From Aquificaceae bacterium (GTDB lineage: Bacteria; Aquificota; Aquificia; Aquificales; Aquificaceae): 64,000 nucleotides of DNA. Every line of letters begins with the position of its first letter. The first letter of the stretch is position 1. The DNA lies in NCBI GenBank assembly GCA_037924335.1, contig JAXSMZ010000002.1:70338-134337 (forward strand), given 5' to 3'. Under the pieces are notes generated by a model. It searched no databases. It saw only the letters and a program-made list of their open reading frames with translations, and was not told the origin of the DNA. Positions 40,809 through 49,869 of this stretch are shown here, in pieces. Position numbers and translations under genes: made by a program.

Positions 40809-41225
40809 CTATACCCGCTCCAGAAGTTTCTTTACTCTACTCTTTATTTCATCTCTTATCTTTCTAAAAAAGGCCATCCTCTCATCCTCCGAACCAGAAG
40901 CCTTTGCTGGGTCTGGAAGGTTCCAATGTTCAGTGCGTGCACCTGGAATGTACGGACAATTCTCGGCAGCGTCTCCACACAGAGTTATTATAAGGTCCAT
41001 TTCAGGGTATGGTATCTCATCAAGAGGTTTGGAGATCTGTTTTGATATGTCTATACCATCCTCTTCCATAACTTTTATGGCCAAAGGATGAACGTATCCC
41101 ACTGGATTTGACCCAGCAGAATACACTTCTACGTTCTTCCCAAAGAGCTTTGCAAAATACTTGGCGTAGCCTTCTGCCATCTGACTTCTTGCAGAGTTAC
41201 CAGTGCATATAAATCCTATCTTCAT
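40809..41225 (-). CDS. arsC: Arsenate reductase (thioredoxin-coupled, LMWP fold)
   Basis: CTGNSARSQMAEG, TLCGDAAENCP, DP. Confidence 0.92.
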   Translation of the reverse strand: MKIGFICTGNSARSQMAEGYAKYFAKLFGKNVEVYSAGSNPVGYVHPLAIKVMEEDGIDISKQISKPLDEIPYPEMDLIITLCGDAAENCPYIPGARTEHWNLPDPAKASGSEDERMAFFRKIRDEIKSRVKKLLERV

Positions 41226-41226
41226 C

Positions 41227-42066
41227 TTAGTACCCAAAAAGCTCTTTATGGAGAAAACCATCAAAGACCTTACAGACGCTTCCTTCCAGAAACACCTCTC
41301 TTAGCTCATCATCAAAATCTATCTTCAAAACGTCCCCACCTTTTGTTACAACATCTATTGGCTTATCCTTTACCAGCCCCTTTTTATAACTCACAATGGC
41401 AGCAGATGCAGCTCCAGTACCGCAAGCAAGGGTTTCACTCTCTACTCCCCTCTCGTAGGTTCTTATTCTAACACTCTTCCCAGAGGTAACCTTTACAAAG
41501 GTGGCGTTTGTCCCATAGGGTTTGAACTCTTCATGAAACCTTATACTTCTTCCGTATTTTACCACATCAAAGTTTTCAATGTCCTCAACCAGCATTACAA
41601 AGTGAGGTACTCCAGTGTTTATAAAGCTACCATCCAGTTTTTCACTATTTATCCATACTGTCATATCCCTATAGCCATGTGGCTGTGTAAGAAGAACTTT
41701 TACCCTTTTACCCTTTTCTAAAACTCTTGCTTTGACGACACCTACCAAAGTTTCGAATCTTACATCCTCTCCAGTTATACCGTTCTCGTAGGCGAACCTA
41801 ACGGCACACCTTGAACCATTCCCACACATACCAGCAACGGAACCATCAGAGTTAAAAAATTGCCACTTGAAATCGTTCTGTGGGTCATCTGGGTCTTCTA
41901 TAAGAATGAGTCCATCAGCCCCAACCCCTGTATGCTGTGCGCAGACTTTTACAACAAACTCCTTCATGCCTATACCAAGAGCTTTTATAAACTCTTCAAC
42001 TTCTCCCCTTCTGTTGTCAAAAACAACAAAGTCGTTCCCAGAACCGTGAAGTTTTATAAACCTCAT
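41227..42066 (-). CDS. dapF: Diaminopimelate epimerase
   Basis: HGSGNDF, MCGNGSRC, YERGVESETLACGTG. Confidence 0.97.
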   Translation of the reverse strand: MRFIKLHGSGNDFVVFDNRRGEVEEFIKALGIGMKEFVVKVCAQHTGVGADGLILIEDPDDPQNDFKWQFFNSDGSVAGMCGNGSRCAVRFAYENGITGEDVRFETLVGVVKARVLEKGKRVKVLLTQPHGYRDMTVWINSEKLDGSFINTGVPHFVMLVEDIENFDVVKYGRSIRFHEEFKPYGTNATFVKVTSGKSVRIRTYERGVESETLACGTGAASAAIVSYKKGLVKDKPIDVVTKGGDVLKIDFDDELREVFLEGSVCKVFDGFLHKELFGY

Positions 42067-42094
42067 ACTTTAATTTTAGCTTAAATTATTATTT

Positions 42095-42667
42095 ATGGAC
42101 AGAAAAGAGGAGATACTGAGGCTGATAGAGGAGGGTTATAACAACGTAAAGTCTCTTTCTCAGCACTTTGGCGTTTCTCTTATGACAATATACAGGGATG
42201 TAAGGGACCTAGAGAAGGAAGGGAAGATAGTAAGAAAGCATGGAGAGCTAAAGCTTAAAGAGGAAGAAGCCAAAGATGAGAAAGTGGATGTCTGTTTTTA
42301 CTGTACCAAGCAGGTAGACAAGAGGCTTGAGTTTATTTATCATCTAAAGGGGAGGAAGATAAAAGCCTGTTGTGCTCACTGTGGGCTTTTACTGTATAAG
42401 GATATAAAAGAGGATGATGTGGAATCTTGCATGACTTGGGACTTTATAACTGGAAACCCCATAAGTTGCTACTCTGCCTGGTACGTGGTAGGGTCATCGG
42501 CTCTTCCGTGCTGTAGCCCATCCGCTATAGCTTTTGCCAACAGAGAGGATGCTCAGAAGTTTGCCAAGGGTTTTGGTGGTGCGGTTTTGGACTTTGAAAG
42601 GGCCGTTAAGGGAATAGTCGAGCTTATGAAAAGGGGACAGAGGGTGGAGTTTATAGCAAAAGGATGA
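42095..42667 (+). CDS. DeoR-type HTH regulator with Cys-rich NosL-like metal-binding domain (YcnK-like)
   Basis: FGVSLMTIYRDV HTH; CFYC, CCAHCG, PCCSP, AF...AQKF..GFGG. Confidence 0.85.
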   Translation: MDRKEEILRLIEEGYNNVKSLSQHFGVSLMTIYRDVRDLEKEGKIVRKHGELKLKEEEAKDEKVDVCFYCTKQVDKRLEFIYHLKGRKIKACCAHCGLLLYKDIKEDDVESCMTWDFITGNPISCYSAWYVVGSSALPCCSPSAIAFANREDAQKFAKGFGGAVLDFERAVKGIVELMKRGQRVEFIAKG

Positions 42668-43266
42668 TGTACATAGCAATACTTCTTATCTTGTTCCTCA
42701 GCGCTTGCGCTCCAGTCCCTAAGCTTGTACCGAGGGAAAGCCAAGTTGTGAAGAAGGAAGACAATGCCCTTCTTTATCAGGAGGATAACGTAAAAGTTCT
42801 TGTACGCTCTAACGCATGGAAGTATTCCCCATCAGACCTCACAAGCTATATAACACCCATTTACATAGAGGTCAAAAACCTCTCCAACAAAGAACTCATC
42901 ATAAACAGACAGGACGTATACCTAATGGATGAAAAGGGCAACCAGTACAACGCCCTTTCTCCATCGGATGTTGTCTCCGCTGTTGCTGCATGGCCAGACG
43001 TGAGTTTCTCTATAGGCATGGCTTACTACTCCTCCCCCTTCTGGTTTGGCTGGTATCCTTACTATCCTTACCCAACTGCCAGGAGCTATCCAGACATCGC
43101 CAACTACGCCTTTATATACGGTAGCATAGAGCCAGGAGCTGTGTTAAAGGGTTTTGTGTACTTTCAGAAGGTTCCCAAAGATGTAAAGAGTCTGTCTTTA
43201 AAACTTGTCTATCATATATCAGGAGAGAGGAAAGCCGTCAGCTTTCCTTTTGATGTGATAAGGTAG
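42664..43266 (+). CDS. Hypothetical lipoprotein
   Basis: Lipobox LSAC; Tyr/Pro-rich segment; GFVYF. Confidence 0.85.
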   Translation: MMYIAILLILFLSACAPVPKLVPRESQVVKKEDNALLYQEDNVKVLVRSNAWKYSPSDLTSYITPIYIEVKNLSNKELIINRQDVYLMDEKGNQYNALSPSDVVSAVAAWPDVSFSIGMAYYSSPFWFGWYPYYPYPTARSYPDIANYAFIYGSIEPGAVLKGFVYFQKVPKDVKSLSLKLVYHISGERKAVSFPFDVIR

Positions 43267-43274
43267 TTTTTAAC

Positions 43275-43502
43275 ATAAATCTTGCAAGAAGTCTCCATCC
43301 TCTATAGGGTGGAGATGAATTGCAAAAACTTGACAAAGTTCATATGTCAGTCTATAATTATTTGTAGCTCTGAAAACCAAAGAGTTGGGCTCACCCACCT
43401 AACGGGTGGTAGGGCTGGAACGGTCCGAACTGAAGCCTGTGGAGAGGTGAAAAGCCTCCATGAAGCAGGAAGCTCCATCTTCTATAAGATGGAGTAGTTC
43501 AC
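43275..43502 (+). mobile_element. Non-autonomous IS200/IS605-type mini-element A
   Basis: Follows TTAAC; left hairpin CTCCATCCT-CTAT-AGGGTGGAG; right hairpin CTCCATCTT-CTAT-AAGATGGAG, then TTCAC; homolog at 59859-60072. Confidence 0.85.
43330..43358 (+). promoter_or_regulatory. Consensus sigma70 promoter inside element A
   Basis: TTGACA-17 bp-TATAAT. Confidence 0.85.
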
Positions 43503-43522
43503 ATATACTGTCCTTACAGGGA
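43365..43522 (+). ncRNA. Putative TnpB omegaRNA/reRNA (scaffold plus ~16-20 nt flanking guide)
   Basis: GGTAGGGCTGGAACGGTCCGAACTGAAGCCTGTGGAGA...GAAGCAGGAAGC-hairpin resembles IS605 tnpB 3'/right-end RNA; stems covary with copy B; 5' and 3' ends estimated. Confidence 0.65.
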
Positions 43523-44513
43523 ATGGTATCTTTATGTTCTCCTCCTCGTATCTCTTTTTAAGCCTTTTTATGAACTCATGTCTTACCAAAAACTGGGCAT
43601 CAGGGTCCATTACTCTTAAGATGACGCTAAAGTTTATGCTAAAGTCTCCAAAGCTCGAGTACCTTATGAAGGGTTCAAATTCTGGGTCTGCTCCCTCTAC
43701 AGTCTTTTGAACCTCCCTTGCCACATCTACCGTCACGCTTTCCACCTTCTCAAGGTCCGAAGAGTAGCTCACACCTACAGGGATAATCAGAGCCATGGAT
43801 GGCTCTGGTTTTCTGTAGTTTACCACCACAGAGCTAACAAGCTTTGAGTTTGGTACTACAACTATGTTGTTGTCCCTCCTTTTTATTACAGTATTCATCC
43901 AAGTTATATCCACAACAAAGCCCTCTTCCCCATCCTCTAACTTTACAAAGTCCCCTATCTCTACCTGTCTCGATGCGATTATATTAAGCCCAGAAAAGAA
44001 GTTGGACAAAGTTCCTTGGAGTGCTAAAGAAATAGCAAGAGCACCTATGCCTAAGGTTGTTATAAAGTGTGTGACTGGAACACCTAAGAAGTTGAGCAAA
44101 GTTATCACACCAAGGGCTATTACGGTAGCCCTTATAAGAGCGTATATCAACGCTGTTGGTGGTAAAGATATGTTGGACTTCTTTATATAAAGTTTTATTA
44201 GCCCTACAGTTAGCTCAGAAGCGGCAAAAGTAAAAGAGAATATCAGCAAACCTTCTATAAGTTTTTCTAAAAGTGATGCGTACCTTGTGTGTTTTTGTAA
44301 ATATTCGGAAAAATAGATAGCCAAGTAGAGTGAAAAAGAGAGGATCCAAAGTACAGATGGTAGCCTTACAGCTCTATGTAGAGTCTCAAATAAAGATACT
44401 CCTTTTAGCTTTTTCTTGAGAATGTGGAAGGTAATATATCGTAAGAAGAGAAGGAAAAAGGAAGAAACAAAGAAAATGAGCAAAGGTGATACATACACTT
44501 CCCAGTAATTCAA
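43482..44513 (-). CDS. mscS: Small-conductance mechanosensitive channel
   Basis: LALQGTLSNFFSG, IGDFV, VPNSKL, VGVSYSSD, IPFP. Confidence 0.93.
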   Translation of the reverse strand: MNYWEVYVSPLLIFFVSSFFLLFLRYITFHILKKKLKGVSLFETLHRAVRLPSVLWILSFSLYLAIYFSEYLQKHTRYASLLEKLIEGLLIFSFTFAASELTVGLIKLYIKKSNISLPPTALIYALIRATVIALGVITLLNFLGVPVTHFITTLGIGALAISLALQGTLSNFFSGLNIIASRQVEIGDFVKLEDGEEGFVVDITWMNTVIKRRDNNIVVVPNSKLVSSVVVNYRKPEPSMALIIPVGVSYSSDLEKVESVTVDVAREVQKTVEGADPEFEPFIRYSSFGDFSINFSVILRVMDPDAQFLVRHEFIKRLKKRYEEENIKIPFPVRTVYVNYSIL

Positions 44514-45169
44514 AAATAATACCTCCCCTTTTTATAAAAGACCCTTGCCAGAATATAGCCCACTCCAAAACCTCCAATGTGAGCAAACCATGCAACACCT
44601 CCAAACTTAGCAAAGGGCAAAGTAAGAATACCGTTTATGACCTGAATGATTATCCAGAAACCTATGAAAAAAACGGCAGGAACTTCCATAAAGGTCAGTA
44701 CAAAGAACACAGGTACCAAAGAAAGTACCCTTGCATGTGGGAACATCCAAAGGTACGCTCCCATAACTCCGCTGATGGCACCGCTGGCTCCAACCATAGG
44801 CACAGATGTCCCACCCAAAAGGAAGCTAACAAAAGTTTGCAAAAAAGCTGCACCAACACCAGACAATAAATAGAAGGTCAAGTACCTTATCTTTCCAAGC
44901 CTGTCCTCTACGTTATCCCCAAAAACCCAAAGAAACCACATGTTCCCTATAATGTGTAGCCAGCTACCGTGTAAAAACATATGCGTTAAAAGGGTGTAAG
45001 GCTTGTGGAAGACTTCAGCAGGAACAAGTCCATAAGAATAAACAAAAGCGTTCATCCTCTGTTCGTCTAAGCTAACCTCAAAAAGCCACACCAGAGAAGA
45101 AACAACTATCAAGGCTATGTTCACAAGGGGAAAACTTCTGCTCCTGTTTATATCCCTTATTGGAATCAT
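44510..45169 (-). CDS. Rhomboid intramembrane serine protease
   Basis: HMFLHGSWLHIIGNM, GASGAI, AHIGG. Confidence 0.95.
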   Translation of the reverse strand: MIPIRDINRSRSFPLVNIALIVVSSLVWLFEVSLDEQRMNAFVYSYGLVPAEVFHKPYTLLTHMFLHGSWLHIIGNMWFLWVFGDNVEDRLGKIRYLTFYLLSGVGAAFLQTFVSFLLGGTSVPMVGASGAISGVMGAYLWMFPHARVLSLVPVFFVLTFMEVPAVFFIGFWIIIQVINGILTLPFAKFGGVAWFAHIGGFGVGYILARVFYKKGRYYF

Positions 45170-45343
45170 AGAAATAGTATAAAAAATTTCTTTAATTCTA
45201 AATGGCAGTGTCAGGGTGTTTCAAAAATACGTCCCTGCAGTAAGCACGGGACCATCTTCTCATTTTGAAAAGCCTCATGAAATATTAACAAATTCTTCAC
45301 CAAAGTATATATTATATTCTTTTATATCGCTGGAGGTTATGTT

Positions 45344-47098
45344 ATGACAAGGAAAGGAGCGGATATAGTTATAGAGACTCTTAAGGAAGAGGGTGTTGAA
45401 CATATATTTGGACACCCTGGTGGTGCCATAATGGAAGTGTACGATGCCCTTTACAGAGATGGAAGTATAAAACATATATTGACTAGGCATGAGCAGGGGG
45501 CTGGCCATATGGCAGAAGGTTATGCAAAAGCCACAGGAAAGGTTGGAGTTGCCATGTCTACATCGGGACCAGGAGCAACAAACCTTGTTACAGCCATAGC
45601 GGACGCTTACATGGACTCTGTCCCCGTTGTCTTCATAACTGGGCAGGTACCAACTCATCTTATAGGAAACGATGCTTTCCAAGAGGTTGACATAGTTGGA
45701 ATAACAAGACCTATAACAAAGCATAACTTCCTTGTAAAGGATATAGAATCCCTGCCCCTTATAATAAGGGAGGCCTTTTACATAGCAAGGGCAGGAAGAC
45801 CTGGACCAGTTCTCATAGATATACCGAAGGATATAACTCAGAAGTTTTCGGATGTTGCCATACCAGACATGGAAAAGGTCATAAATTCCCTTCCAGGTTA
45901 CAAGCCACACACAGAAGGAAATCCACAGCAGATAAGAAAGGCTGCAAGGCTAATAATGGAGGCAAAGAGGCCTGTTTTGTACGTGGGTGGTGGAGCCATC
46001 CATGCTGAGGCTAATAAGGAAGTTTTGGAACTTGCAGAACTGATGAACATACCAGTCACCACCACAAACATGGGAAAGGGTGCTTTTCCAGAAACCCATC
46101 CCCTTGCACTCCATATGCTTGGAATGCATGGAACTTACTATGCCAACATGGCTGTTTACAACTGCGACCTCCTTATAGCAGTAGGGGCAAGGTTTGACGA
46201 TAGAGTAACTGGTAAAGTGGAGGAATTTGCGCCGCAGGCTACCATTATACACATAGACATAGACCCAGCATCCATATCGAAGAACATAGTTGTTGATGTG
46301 CCCATAGTAGGAGATGTAAAAATTGTCCTTAGAAAGCTTATGGATGAGATAAAGAAGGAAGGTGCCAAGGTGCTTTTCTTAGAGGAAAGAAACAAATGGG
46401 TAGAACAGATAGAGAGATGGAAAAAGCTACATCCTTTGACCTACAGAAACTCTGACAAAGTCATAAAGCCCCAGTACGTTATAGAACAGATATGGTACGC
46501 AACAAAGGGAGATGCCATAATAGCAACTGGTGTAGGACAGCACCAGATGTGGTCAGCTATGTTTTACAAGTACTCCTTTCCAAGGCAGCTCATAAACTCC
46601 GGTGGGCTTGGTACTATGGGGTTTGGTCTGCCTGCCGGCATAGGAGCAAAGATAGGCAGGGAGGATAAAGAGGTCTTTGTGATAGATGGAGATGGCTCTT
46701 TTATGATGACCATGCAAGAGCTTATAACTGCAGTTCAATACCGTGTGCCTGTAAAGATAGCGATAATAAACAACGGATACCTTGGTATGGTGCGCCAATG
46801 GCAAGAGCTCTTCTATGAAAAGCGTTATTCAGAGGTGGACCTTAGCGTACAGCCAGATTTTGTCAAACTTGCGGAAGCGTGCGGTGCAGTAGGCTTTAGA
46901 GCCCAAAAGCCATCTGAGGTGAGGGAAATAGTAGAGGAAGCTCTAAAGGTTCAGGATAAGCCTGTAGTTATGGACTTTCATGTGGACAGGGAGGAAAACG
47001 TCCTTCCTATGGTACCAGCAGGAAAGTCTTACAAGGATATGATACTTGAGGATGGCAAAAAGGGTGTAGAAGCAGATACAATGTATCTTGTAGGTTGA
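45344..47098 (+). CDS. ilvB: Acetolactate synthase large subunit
   Basis: RHEQGAGH, TSGPGATN, RFDDRVTG, GDGSF...NN. Confidence 0.97.
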   Translation: MTRKGADIVIETLKEEGVEHIFGHPGGAIMEVYDALYRDGSIKHILTRHEQGAGHMAEGYAKATGKVGVAMSTSGPGATNLVTAIADAYMDSVPVVFITGQVPTHLIGNDAFQEVDIVGITRPITKHNFLVKDIESLPLIIREAFYIARAGRPGPVLIDIPKDITQKFSDVAIPDMEKVINSLPGYKPHTEGNPQQIRKAARLIMEAKRPVLYVGGGAIHAEANKEVLELAELMNIPVTTTNMGKGAFPETHPLALHMLGMHGTYYANMAVYNCDLLIAVGARFDDRVTGKVEEFAPQATIIHIDIDPASISKNIVVDVPIVGDVKIVLRKLMDEIKKEGAKVLFLEERNKWVEQIERWKKLHPLTYRNSDKVIKPQYVIEQIWYATKGDAIIATGVGQHQMWSAMFYKYSFPRQLINSGGLGTMGFGLPAGIGAKIGREDKEVFVIDGDGSFMMTMQELITAVQYRVPVKIAIINNGYLGMVRQWQELFYEKRYSEVDLSVQPDFVKLAEACGAVGFRAQKPSEVREIVEEALKVQDKPVVMDFHVDREENVLPMVPAGKSYKDMILEDGKKGVEADTMYLVG

Positions 47099-47108
47099 GG
47101 TGAAGATC

Positions 47109-47684
47109 ATGAGTGATACAGTTGGGAAAGCACAGATAGAGGCTGTAAAAGCTCCAATGCTTAGAGAGGTCAAGAAGGGTCAAACAAGAAAGCACATTAT
47201 AACCCTTCTTGTCAGGAATGAGCTTGGTGTTCTTGCGAGGATAGCTACTCTCATAGCTGGCAAAGGATATAACATAGAAGGGTTGTCTGTAGGAGAAACT
47301 CATGAAAAGGGGATTTCCCGCATGACCATAGAGGTCATAGGGGACGATGTGATTATAGACCAGGTAGTCAAACAGCTTAGAAAGCTCATAGATACCATAA
47401 AGGTTAGAGACCTAACAGATGCATCCCATGTGGAGAGGGAGCTTGTTTTAATAAAGGTTCATACCTCCACACCAAGAGCAAGAGACGAAGTCTTAAGGCT
47501 TGTGGAGATATTCAGGGGGAAGGTAGTAGATGTGTCCCCAAACACTTATACAGTGGAGATAACAGGCACAGAAGACAAAATAAAAGCTTTTATAGACTTG
47601 GTTAAGCCCTATGGAATAGTAGAAATGGCAAGCACAGGGAAGGTAGCGTTGAGGAGAGAAATATCAGGAAACGAGGAGGATTGA
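47109..47684 (+). CDS. ilvN: Acetolactate synthase small subunit
   Basis: ACT domain NELGVLARI, YNIEGLSVG, RELVLIKV. Confidence 0.95.
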   Translation: MSDTVGKAQIEAVKAPMLREVKKGQTRKHIITLLVRNELGVLARIATLIAGKGYNIEGLSVGETHEKGISRMTIEVIGDDVIIDQVVKQLRKLIDTIKVRDLTDASHVERELVLIKVHTSTPRARDEVLRLVEIFRGKVVDVSPNTYTVEITGTEDKIKAFIDLVKPYGIVEMASTGKVALRREISGNEED

Positions 47685-47685
47685 T

Positions 47686-49158
47686 ATGGACGTGATCTCG
47701 CACAAGAAAACCTATAAAGAGATAATGGAGTTTCCAGTTGGAGTGTTTGTTTTTGAGGAGGATTTTGAAAACCTCGGATACATAGGGAAGTATCAGGAAA
47801 AAGTCAAAAAGGTTCTCTCCGTAGAGAACTTCAAAGGGAAGGAAGATACCATTATCAAAGTTCCGACAGTTGAGGATGATAGGGTAAGTGTCTTTTATAT
47901 AATGGGGCTTGGTAAAAAAGATAAAGTGGGGCTTGACCAGTACAGGAGAGCTTCGGCCATCTTTGTGAAAAGGCTCAGGAAGGACAATGTGCTTAAAGCT
48001 TACCTTTACGCTGGGGAGGATATGGATCACAGAAAGACAAAGGCCATAACGGAAGGTCTTATCTTAGGAAATTACAGCTTCGATAAGTACAAAACGAAGA
48101 AAGATGAGGAAAAACTTACAAAGGTGGAAAGCGTAAGCATATACGGAGGGGATGAAGAGGGTATAAGGGTTGGAAGCATACTGTCTGAAGCTCAAAACTT
48201 TGCCAGGGACCTTGTAAACGAGCCAGGTAACGTGATAAATCCCATAACCTTAGCAGAGATGGCTCAAAAGTTAGCAAAGGAGTACAGTATAGAGTGCAGA
48301 GTTTACGACGAGAGAGAGATCCAAGAGATGGGAATGAACGCCCTTTGGAGTGTAGGGAAAGGCTCTTCAACTCCACCAAGGTTTATACATCTCCTTTACA
48401 AACCAGAAGGGGAGCCAAAGGATAGGATAGTCATAGTGGGAAAGGGGCTTACCTTTGACAGTGGGGGACTGAACATAAAGACTGGCGATTATATGAGAAC
48501 TATGAAGATGGATAAATCTGGAGCTTGCGCCGTACTTGGAATTATGAAGGCTCTATCCTTGCTAAAACCAAACATAGAGGTTCATGGGGTCATAGGTGCT
48601 GCTGAGAACATGCCAAGCGGTAGCGCTTATAGACCTGATGACATAATAAGGGCTATGAACGGAAAGACCATTGAAGTAGATAATACGGATGCGGAGGGAA
48701 GAATAACGCTGGCAGATGCTCTTTCGTACGCTTCCAACTTAAAGCCATCTTTTATCATAGACTTGGCAACGCTTACAGGTGCATGTATAGTTGCCCTTGG
48801 CGAATACACAGCAGGCCTTTTCACCAACGATGATGAGTTTGGAGACCTCCTTCTGGCAGTTTCAAAGGAAACAGGAGAAAGGCTATGGAAACTACCCATG
48901 GATGACAAAAAGCTAAGGGAAAAGCTTAAAAAAGCTGATGCGGACGTTGTAAACACCGCTGGCAGGTACGGAGGCGCAATAACAGCTGCCATGTTTTTGG
49001 AAGAGTTTGTAGGAGAAGGTATAAAATGGGCTCACATTGATATTGCTGGACCAGCTTACTTTAAGGAGGAGTTCGGATACTACTCAAAAGGTGCAGCTGG
49101 CTTTGGTGTTAGAACATGTCTTGAGTGTATACTCAGATTAGACAAGGTCAACCCTTAA
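47686..49158 (+). CDS. pepA: Leucyl aminopeptidase (M17)
   Basis: VGKGLTFDSGG, NTDAEGR, DLATLTGA, HIDIAG. Confidence 0.96.
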   Translation: MDVISHKKTYKEIMEFPVGVFVFEEDFENLGYIGKYQEKVKKVLSVENFKGKEDTIIKVPTVEDDRVSVFYIMGLGKKDKVGLDQYRRASAIFVKRLRKDNVLKAYLYAGEDMDHRKTKAITEGLILGNYSFDKYKTKKDEEKLTKVESVSIYGGDEEGIRVGSILSEAQNFARDLVNEPGNVINPITLAEMAQKLAKEYSIECRVYDEREIQEMGMNALWSVGKGSSTPPRFIHLLYKPEGEPKDRIVIVGKGLTFDSGGLNIKTGDYMRTMKMDKSGACAVLGIMKALSLLKPNIEVHGVIGAAENMPSGSAYRPDDIIRAMNGKTIEVDNTDAEGRITLADALSYASNLKPSFIIDLATLTGACIVALGEYTAGLFTNDDEFGDLLLAVSKETGERLWKLPMDDKKLREKLKKADADVVNTAGRYGGAITAAMFLEEFVGEGIKWAHIDIAGPAYFKEEFGYYSKGAAGFGVRTCLECILRLDKVNP

Positions 49159-49869
49159 TATGCTTATGTTGTCTCTTCCCCCTCTTTTAAGCGCCAACAG
49201 CAAAAGCTCAGAGGGTGATAAAAAAAGCTCATAGTCTTGAGTTGCTTCCCAAAGTCCATCGGAGCATATTAAGAAACTTTTGTAACTGTTGGCTTTCCCT
49301 ATGTGAACCTCAAACTCTTCAAAGCTTGGGCTGCCTATCAAGGCAGATGTCAATAAGTGCCTGTTGGGATGAGTTTTTGCTTCTTCTTCTGATATGTAGC
49401 CAAGGCGTACAAGCCTTTCTACCTCTGTATGGTCAACTGTAAGCCTTTGTATTTTCTCATCCTCCAACCCATAAACTCTACAATCCCCCACATTGAAGAC
49501 AAAAGTTCCTTCATCACTCAATACCAGACCAGCCAAAGCAGTACCAAGACCGTATGCATAGGCATTTTCCCTTGCAAACTCTTCCAATCTATCCCTAGCC
49601 TTATGTAAAGCACGGATTATATCCTCCGAGCCTTTTGGTCTCAGCTCCATCAGAGTTTGAAGTGCAAACCTGCTTGCCATCTCCCCAGCTGCGTGTCCAC
49701 CAAGACCGTCCGCAACGGCAAATATAAGATGATCACCCTCCCTTTCGAAGCAAAGGGGTGAGGTCATAACTTCCTCCTGCACTACCATATCGTTCAAAAG
49801 CAACGCATCCTCATTCCTATCCCTCAACTTTCCTCTGTGAGTTATACCGCATACCTTCACCCTATACAT
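49138..49869 (-). CDS. PP2C-family Ser/Thr phosphatase
   Basis: RDRNED, VADGLGGH, NVGDCR, CSDGL, GGRDN. Confidence 0.94.
   Translation of the reverse strand: MYRVKVCGITHRGKLRDRNEDALLLNDMVVQEEVMTSPLCFEREGDHLIFAVADGLGGHAAGEMASRFALQTLMELRPKGSEDIIRALHKARDRLEEFARENAYAYGLGTALAGLVLSDEGTFVFNVGDCRVYGLEDEKIQRLTVDHTEVERLVRLGYISEEEAKTHPNRHLLTSALIGSPSFEEFEVHIGKANSYKSFLICSDGLWEATQDYELFLSPSELLLLALKRGGRDNISILRVDLV

Noticed and set aside
43282..43497. 71-aa ORF and its 66-aa homolog at 59867-60067
   Set aside because: TTG starts without RBS; they span the hairpins and promoter of the mini-elements, and the substitutions fit RNA/DNA structure rather than protein conservation
45275..45910. 211-aa antisense ORF (and similar shadow ORFs in petB, atpA, efp, hldD, pepA)
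   Set aside because: Lie opposite or within well-conserved genes and have no recognisable motifs
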